Source of the DNA: Thraustochytrium aureum
Taxonomy: Eukaryota
DNA: 38,558 nucleotides
NCBI GenBank assembly: GCA_012862495.1
Contig: BLSG01000154.1
Span: 148,261 to 186,818, forward strand
Direction of reading: 5' to 3'
Shown here: in pieces, positions 32,570 to 38,558 of the stretch
Position numbering within the stretch: the stretch's first letter is position 1
Layout of the letters: every line of letters starts with the position of its first letter
Made by a program: the position numbers and the translations under genes
The notes under the pieces: model-generated
Database searches by the model: none
The model's input: only the letters and a program-made list of their open reading frames with translations
What the model was told of the DNA's origin: nothing

Positions 32570-34198
32570 ATGTCGTCCCTCGAGCTCATCAACCCGAACG
32601 CCGAGCACATCAGCAAAACCCAGGCGCTGCTGATCAACATGGCCGCGGCAAAGGGCCTGCAGGCGGTGCTCAAGAGCAACCTCGGCCCCAAGGGGACGCT
32701 CAAGATGCTCGTCGGCGGCGCCGGCCAGATCAAGCTCACCAAGGACGGCAACACCCTCCTGCACGAAATGCAGATCCAGCACCCCACCGCCACCCTGATC
32801 GCGCGAGCGGCCACGGCGACGGACGACACAGTCGGCGACGGGTCGACGTCCGCCGTTCTCTTGACGGGCGAGCTGCTCAAACAAGCCGAGCAGTACCTCG
32901 GCGAGGGCCTCCACCCCCGCCTCGTGGTCGACGGGTTCGACACCGCCAAACAGGAGGTGATGGAGTTTCTGGACAAGTTCGCGTGCGAGTTCCCCAACAT
33001 TTGCGACGATCGCGAGCAGCTCTGCAATGTGGCTCGCACCACGCTGATGACCAAGCTCCGGCCCGAGATCGTCGAAAAGCTGACCGAGATCGTCGTCGAC
33101 GCGGTCTTGTGCGTGCGCCGCCCGGACGAAGCGATCGACCTGCACATGGTAGAGATCCTGCACATGCAGCACAAGCTCGACTTGGAGACCCGTCTCGTGC
33201 GCGGCCTTGTGATGGACCACGGCGCTCGCCACCCGGACATGCCCCGTCGCCTCGAAAAGGTCTGGATCATGACCCTCAACGTCTCGCTCGAGTACGAGAA
33301 GAGCGAGGTCACCTCCAACTTTATGTACAAGAGCGCCAAGGAGCGCGAGGACATGGTCGTGGCGGAGCGCAAGTTTACCGACGACAAGTGCAAGAAGATC
33401 ATCGAGTTCAAAAAGGAGATTTGCGCGAAAAACCCCGGCACGACCTTCATGGTCGTTAACCAGAAGGGCATCGACCCGCCCAGCCTCGACNNNNNNNNNN
33501 NNNNNNNNNNNNNNNNNNNNNNNNNNNNNNNNNNNNNNNNNNNNNNNNNNNNNNNNNNNNNNNNNNNNNNNNNNNNNNNNNNNNNNNNNNNNNNNNNNNN
33601 NNNNNNNNNNNNNNNNNNNNNNNNNNNNNNNNNNNNNNNNNNNNNNNNNNNNNNNNNNNNNNNNNNNNNNNNNNNNNNNNNNNNNNNNNNNNNNNNNNNN
33701 NNNNNNNNNNNNNNNNNNNNNNNNNNNNNNNNNNNNNNNNNNNNNNNNNNNNNNNNNNNNNNNNNNNNNNNNNNNNNNNNNNNNNNNNNNNNNNNNNNNN
33801 NNNNNNNNNNNNNNNNNNNNNNNNNNNNNNNNNNNNNNNNNNNNNNNNNNNNNNNNNNNNNNNNNNNNNNNNNNNNNNNNNNNNNNNNNNNNNNNNNNNN
33901 NNNNNNNNNNNNNNNNNNNNNNNNNNNNNNNNNNNNNNNNNNNNNNNNNNNNNNNNNNNNNNNNNNNNNNNNNNNNNNNNNNNNNNNNNNNNNNNNNNNN
34001 NNNNNNNNNNNNNNNNNNNNNNNNNNNNNNNNNNNNNNNNNNNNCATCTGGGACAACATGCTTGTCAAGAAGTCGGTGATCCACCTCTCCACCGTGTTGG
34101 CCTCGCAGCTCCTGCTCGTGGACGAAATGATGCGCGCTGGCCGTGGCAGCCGCCCCAAGGACCCCCAACATGCCGGAAATGTGAGGCTCGTGCCGTGA
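32570..34198 (+). CDS. CCT6: T-complex protein 1 subunit zeta (CCT/TRiC chaperonin), middle part in gap
   Basis: KSNLGPKGTLKMLVGGAGQIKLTKDGNTLLHEMQIQHPTA, GDGSTS, MDHGARHPDMP, NQKGIDPPSLD and IWDN..LLLVDEMMRAG. The true stop may be 34184 (KDPNMPEM*) if the C5 run at ~34164 is overcalled. Confidence 0.97.
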   Translation: MSSLELINPNAEHISKTQALLINMAAAKGLQAVLKSNLGPKGTLKMLVGGAGQIKLTKDGNTLLHEMQIQHPTATLIARAATATDDTVGDGSTSAVLLTGELLKQAEQYLGEGLHPRLVVDGFDTAKQEVMEFLDKFACEFPNICDDREQLCNVARTTLMTKLRPEIVEKLTEIVVDAVLCVRRPDEAIDLHMVEILHMQHKLDLETRLVRGLVMDHGARHPDMPRRLEKVWIMTLNVSLEYEKSEVTSNFMYKSAKEREDMVVAERKFTDDKCKKIIEFKKEICAKNPGTTFMVVNQKGIDPPSLDXXXXXXXXXXXXXXXXXXXXXXXXXXXXXXXXXXXXXXXXXXXXXXXXXXXXXXXXXXXXXXXXXXXXXXXXXXXXXXXXXXXXXXXXXXXXXXXXXXXXXXXXXXXXXXXXXXXXXXXXXXXXXXXXXXXXXXXXXXXXXXXXXXXXXXXXXXXXXXXXXXXXXXXXXXXXXXXXXXXXXXXXXIWDNMLVKKSVIHLSTVLASQLLLVDEMMRAGRGSRPKDPQHAGNVRLVP

Positions 34199-34617
34199 GG
34201 GGCCTTGGCCCGGTTGGGGCGGTCGGGCTTGATCCGCGAGGAGTGGTGGGGTGGGTTTGGGCGAACAGTGCCTCAAGTGGATTTGGCGAGCGGCTGCCGC
34301 TTGCGCCGTCGGTCTGTGCCCCCCGGGTGGGAGAGCGAGCGTGTGCCGTGCCGCTCTTTGCATTGGTGCGCTGTGCGCGCGCGAGACGTGAGCGGTCGCA
34401 CTGCTAGGGAACGCCTCCGCCTCGGTTTCCCCCGTCTCGCGCCCTGCGGCTGCCTGGCCATGTCGGCCGCGCTTGACGATTTCTTTCGTAAAAGAAAGCA
34501 AACTGCATCTTTCCTACCAATCCACGCTGCCTTGCCGCCAGCTCAAGTCGCTTCCACAGTCCACCGTGACCTTCACAAAGCGAGAGAAGATAGGACTCGC
34601 GGAGGGGTGGGTTTCTC

Positions 34618-34696
34618 GCGCAGTCAGAGCGCAGTCAGACGCGCAGTCAGACGCGCAGTCAGACGCGCAGTCAGCGCGCAGCAGCAGCAGCAGCAG
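34618..34696. repeat. 12-nt minisatellite (GCGCAGTCAGAC)x~5 followed by (CAG)n
   Basis: Directly visible about 100-180 nt upstream of the SDR start codon. Confidence 0.85.
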
Positions 34697-34797
34697 CGGC
34701 CGTTCGACAAGCGGCGCCGCCCCGCCAGACGAGCACGCGAGGCTTGCGAGAGGACGCGGAGTCGTGCCAGAGCAGCGAGAAACCACCGCGACCAAAA

Positions 34798-35577
34798 ATG
34801 CTCGTCTCCATGGCAGGTCGCATCGGCGTCGTGACGGGCGCTGGGAGCGGAATCGGGCGCGCCGTCGCACTTGCGCTCGCCCGCTCTGGCGCAAACGTGG
34901 CGTGCTTGGACCTCGACGAGGAGAGCGCTCGCAGGACGTCGGTGGAGATCAACACCCGCATCAACGCTGCCGGCGCCGGCGGCAGCGCCTTGCACTTTGG
35001 CGTGGACGTGACCAAGCGCGCTCAAGTGGAGGAGGCGATCGCAACGGCGCAAGAGAAGCTGGATGGCGTCCTCACCCACGGTGTCAACTGCGCGGGGATC
35101 ACAATCGACGGCTTCATGAGCAAGATGCAAGAGGACCACTGGGACCGCGTGCTCGAGGTGAACCTCAAAGGGACGTTCTTGTTCACGCAAGCCCTCTCGA
35201 ACGCGATCATTCGCCAGGCCAACCCTGCGGTGGGCGGCTCGATCATCAATGTGGCCAGCATCATCGGCAAGGCGGGCAATCTTGGCCAAGCCAACTACGC
35301 GGCGTCCAAGGGAGGCGTAGTGTCGTTTTCAAAGACGGCAGCCAAAGAGCTGGCGCGCAACAACATCCGCGTCAACGCGTTGCTGCCGGGCTTTATCGAC
35401 ACCCCGATGGCGCAGGCTGTGCCTACCAAGGTGATCAACCGCATGATCGAGCAGATCCCCCTCGGGCGCCTGGGCAAGGTGGAGGAGGTTGCCGACACCT
35501 GCGTCTTCCTGTGCTCGGACAGGGCCGCGTTCATCACCGGGGCCCAGATCGAGGTGACCGGCGGGCAGTTCATGTAG
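34798..35577 (+). CDS. HSD17B8: 3-oxoacyl-ACP reductase-type short-chain dehydrogenase, HSD17B8/FabG-like
   Basis: VTGAGSGIG, NCAGIT, WDRVLEVNLKGTFLFTQ, GNLGQANYAASK and PGFIDTPM. The C-terminus FITGAQIEVTGGQFM closely resembles HSD17B8. Confidence 0.88.
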   Translation: MLVSMAGRIGVVTGAGSGIGRAVALALARSGANVACLDLDEESARRTSVEINTRINAAGAGGSALHFGVDVTKRAQVEEAIATAQEKLDGVLTHGVNCAGITIDGFMSKMQEDHWDRVLEVNLKGTFLFTQALSNAIIRQANPAVGGSIINVASIIGKAGNLGQANYAASKGGVVSFSKTAAKELARNNIRVNALLPGFIDTPMAQAVPTKVINRMIEQIPLGRLGKVEEVADTCVFLCSDRAAFITGAQIEVTGGQFM

Positions 35578-35959
35578 CTCTGCCGGTGCCTTTGCGCGCG
35601 TGGGGCCGGCCTGCTGGCTGGCGGCGCTCGGGCGAAGAGCGCAGCAAGGTAGCGGAAGCGGGCTGGTCTTGTGGCGAAGGGTCTTTAGGTTAGAGATATT
35701 ATGGTGATGTGATGTTCTTGGCGGCCGCAGCGGGCAGAACCTGCCGGCGCGCGGCCACAAATCAGTTGCAGTGTGTTGCCGTTCTTCCTCCTTGACCTTT
35801 GTTGTTGTTCCTTTTGAAATCCCTCTATTGCGATCTCTCCGTGTCGCTCGGTGGTCGGGCGGCTTCGCGGCGCTACATTCCCAAGCAGCCTCGCGGTCCT
35901 TCCCGAACGCAACCAGGTCCCACGCTCCTTCCGGAGGTCAGGGCTCGACACGGCAACGC

Positions 35960-37359
35960 TCAAACCTGAGCTGAAGCTTCGGCATCGCTGGCAAGAGCCG
36001 GAGTGGGCTTGGCCAGCATGGCCTTGGCGGAGGCCCGCGTTGAGCGGGCGTTGGCCAGCGAGGAGAGGAACTGGAGACCGTCTTGACGCGCAGCAGCGTC
36101 TTCGCCGGCCTTCGAAGGCGACATACCGGGCGGCTTTGGGCTCGTCCAAAGTGGCGTCGTCATGTCATTGGTGGATTTGGCGACCAGGGTGGAGATGGAG
36201 CCCGGGGCAGGGAGCCCCGGGCGAGAGGCCTGGAAGCTCGATCCGCGCTGCTTTTTCTTTGAGGGCTCCTCGCTGAGCTCGTTGGCGGCCTTGAGAAGAG
36301 CTGCGGCGCCGAGCGAGGCGGAGGTGTCGACTTCGTCAAGGGAACGCTTCTTGGCCTCCCGCTCGGCCTTCTTGACTTCCTTGGCGACGAGCTTCGCGGC
36401 CTTCTTGGCCTCCTTGGCGGCCTTCTTGGCTTCACGCTCGGCTTCGCGCCGCTCTTTGCGCTCTTCCTTGGAGAGGACGGACGCCTTGGCCCTTGGAAGC
36501 GCGCCCGCGCGCCTTGGTGCCCTTGCCGTCGAGCGCGACGGCGCAGAGGCTCGCCAGCGAATTCATCCCTTCAAGCCCGTCGAACTCGGAGCCAGCCTTG
36601 GCCTTGTTCGGCCCGGTGCGGCGCTTGGACTGCCTGGCGCCGCCAGCGGGCGAGACCGACTTGGGCAGCGGCCTGGGCCAGGAGCGAGCTGCCGGTGGGC
36701 GACTTGGAGTCGGTGCGGCGGCGGCGCGTGGCGGCATTCCAGCGGTTCTTGACAGCGTTCTCCGGGCGGCCCGGCAGGAACATCTTGGCGATCTGGGACC
36801 ACTTGTTGCCGAGGAGGGCCTGGCCTTCGATCAGCTTTTGGTCCTCGAGCGGGGTCCACTCGCTGCGCTTGATGCTGGGGTCGAGATGGTTGAACCAACG
36901 CTCGCGGCACTGCTTGCCAATACGACCCGGCACGCGCTTGGCGATCTCCGACCAGCGCGTCACCCCGCTGGACATGCAATACTTGATCGTCTCGTCCTCG
37001 TCGGCGGTCCAGGGGCCCTTGACGAGTCCAGGCTTGAGCACCTTTTGCCACCTGTGGAGGCACTGCACGTCCGTGCGTTTGTCGCCAAGGAACTCGCTCG
37101 CGATGCGCTTCCAGTTGCGAGCCCCGTTTTCGTCGACGGCGCGCTTGAGCGCTTCATCCTCTTCCTTGGACCAGCGTCCCTGGGCGATCTCTGACGCTGA
37201 CGACCCATACATGGGAAATTCGAGCATGCCGTCTGCGCCGGCAGCTTCGCTGCGCTCGGGCTTGGGCGGGGCGTCAGCCTCGCTATCCAGAGCAGCCTGC
37301 ACGGACGCGTTGGTCGGCGTGGGCGTCTCCGCCACCGGCACGCTGCCTACCTCTGCCAT
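35960..37359 (-). CDS. MYB3R: R1R2R3 (3R)-MYB transcription factor (frameshifted in assembly)
   Basis: Three Myb repeats: GRWSKEED..RTDVQCLHRW, KGPWTADED..GRIGKQCRERWFNHL and EWTPLED..GNKWSQIAK..RPENAVKNRWN. Removing one base at ~36664 and one at ~36491 extends the frame through a K/E/A-rich helix to the stop at 35960. ATG 37359. Confidence 0.9.
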
Positions 37360-37499
37360 CCTCGCCTCCCTCGCTCTCCTTGCCCGCGCGGTGGTCCGTC
37401 CTCCTGGGCTCGCTGCCGCGCCGCTGCTTGTGATCCGTGTGTGCGTTGGGTGTCTGGCTCGATCGCCTTCTCCCTGCGCCGCGGCTATCCCTTTTTCCC

Positions 37500-37605
37500 C
37501 TCGCTCTCTCTCCCTCTCGCGTCCCTCTCCGAGTCGCTCTCTCTCTCTCTCTGCGTCTCTCTCGTGCGTCCCCTGCTCTCGCGCCTCTGCGCCTCTGCGC
37601 CTCTG
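37500..37605. repeat. (CT)n-rich tract plus short (GCGCCTCT)n repeat
   Basis: ctctctctctctctctct and gcgcctctgcgcctctgcgcctctg upstream of the MYB start. Confidence 0.8.
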
Positions 37606-37714
37606 CGGCTTGCATCGTTTTCCGCGCCAGTGGCCCTCTATTGTTTCCTCTCCATCCGCCCTTCCGTCCGTCCGCCTCTGCGCAGCCGCACCCGTGAGGC
37701 AGGCCACTGGCAGA

Positions 37715-37825
37715 CTCACGACACTCACGACGCTCACGACACTCATGACAGACAGATACAGACAGACAGATACAGACAGACACAGATACAGACAGGCAGG
37801 CAGATACAGACAGGCAGGCAGGCAG
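37715..37825. repeat. Compound microsatellite: (CACGACACT)-like 9-mers followed by CAGA/GATA/CAGG tetranucleotides
   Basis: ctcacgacactcacgacgctcacgacactcatgacagacagatacagacagacagatacagacagacacagatacagacaggcagg. Confidence 0.85.
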
Positions 37826-38263
37826 TCACCAGCGTAGATAGATCCACCCTTCCCGTAGACAGGCAAGTAGAGTCGAGTACTTACCTACCTACTCGCGCCT
37901 GGAGAGACAGACACGACGCAGCCGCGAGGGCCATCGCGCCTCCCGAGGGGAAGCGCTCTCCCGTAGCGAGCGCTCCGCGGCGGCCGCTCTCGCCCTCCGT
38001 TCATCACATCCATCCATTCCCGCCCAGCAAGCGCCCCGCCCGCCGCAGGCTAGCCCGCAGCTACGCGAAAGCCTAGCACTTGGGTCGGTCACAGCGGGAG
38101 GGTCCGTGCTGCTCCAGGCGACGCGGCGCGGCTGCGCTGCTTCGGCCAGCAGGGTTGCGCCGGGTCCTGTTCACCAACGACTATACCGGATCGATGGCTC
38201 TCGCTTCTTCCCCGATTCCTTCCTCGCTCCTCCGCTATTCGGCCCGTCCGAACGCGGAGTTGG

Positions 38264-38366
38264 GAAAAAACGAAAAAAAACGAGAAAAAACGAAAAAAAC
38301 GAAAAAAAACGAAAAAAACCCAAAATCAAAACCCGAAACAAAACGAAACAAACGAAACGAAAAACC
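38264..38366. repeat. A-rich tandem repeat (CGAAAAAAA / CGAAA units)
   Basis: gaaaaaacgaaaaaaaacgagaaaaaacgaaaaaaacgaaaaaaaacgaaaaaaacc...aacgaaacaaacgaaacgaaaaac. Confidence 0.85.
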
Positions 38367-38558
38367 GCTTCCGCGAAGGACGAGTGAGTGAGTGCGTCCG
38401 GGCAGGGCAGCTTGCACTCTCTCTCCCCCGTGCGTCGCTCGCCTGCAGGCAAGCGGGCAGGCTGCCTATCCGCCTCTCTGAGACCGAGCGCTCCGTGCGC
38501 CACGTTCCGCGCCCTGAAAGGGAAAGGCGAGCCCAACCAAGCTTCCTTCTTCCTCAAC

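Noticed and set aside
1532..34044. Long ORFs spanning N runs (X-filled entries in the ORF track)
   Set aside because: They are open only because N codons contain no stops, so they are not evidence of genes.
7251..35577. Possible lipid-metabolism gene cluster (ssSPT-like, LPCAT, quinone oxidoreductase, HSD17B8-like)
   Set aside because: The genes act in different pathways and compartments and are interspersed with unrelated housekeeping genes. There is no evidence of a functional cluster.
28754..37359. Pseudogene calls for the frameshifted PIG3-like, BFR1-like and MYB genes
   Set aside because: The lesions are only 1-nt indels, mostly in base runs, with no nonsense codons or motif decay. Sequencing error is more parsimonious.
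38264..38366. Retroelement poly(A) tail or telomeric repeat
   Set aside because: No adjacent RT/endonuclease ORF or target-site duplication is visible, and the units are irregular and unlike known telomere repeats.

Overview
GC-rich, gene-dense, intron-poor eukaryotic genomic DNA from a gapped draft assembly (8 N-runs). GC content, few short GT-AG introns, a cilia-associated kinesin-9 and the gene set suggest a flagellate protist, possibly a stramenopile such as a labyrinthulomycete (inference only). About 16 protein-coding loci are supported: a large SNF2-family remodeller (polyQ, WW, HMG box, helicase-C, PHD/C5HCH), a spliced ssSPT-like micro-gene, a 4-TM protein, a Cys-finger/coiled-coil protein, KIF6, a coiled-coil hypothetical, an EGF-7TM receptor-like protein, a class I methyltransferase-like protein, HYKK-like kinase, EF-hand LPCAT, UBA5, PIG3-like quinone oxidoreductase, a BFR1/PPI-like protein, CCT6, HSD17B8-like SDR and a 3R-MYB. 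Many ORFs are broken by single-base indels in short homopolymers, most likely sequencing errors. I found no RNA genes, CRISPR arrays or recognisable mobile elements, and no multi-gene system I can support. The best leads are the SNF2 domain architecture with its duplicated GHxVLKxNNY motif, the expanded UBA5 C-terminus, the EGF-7TM protein and the small spliced gene missed by the ORF track.
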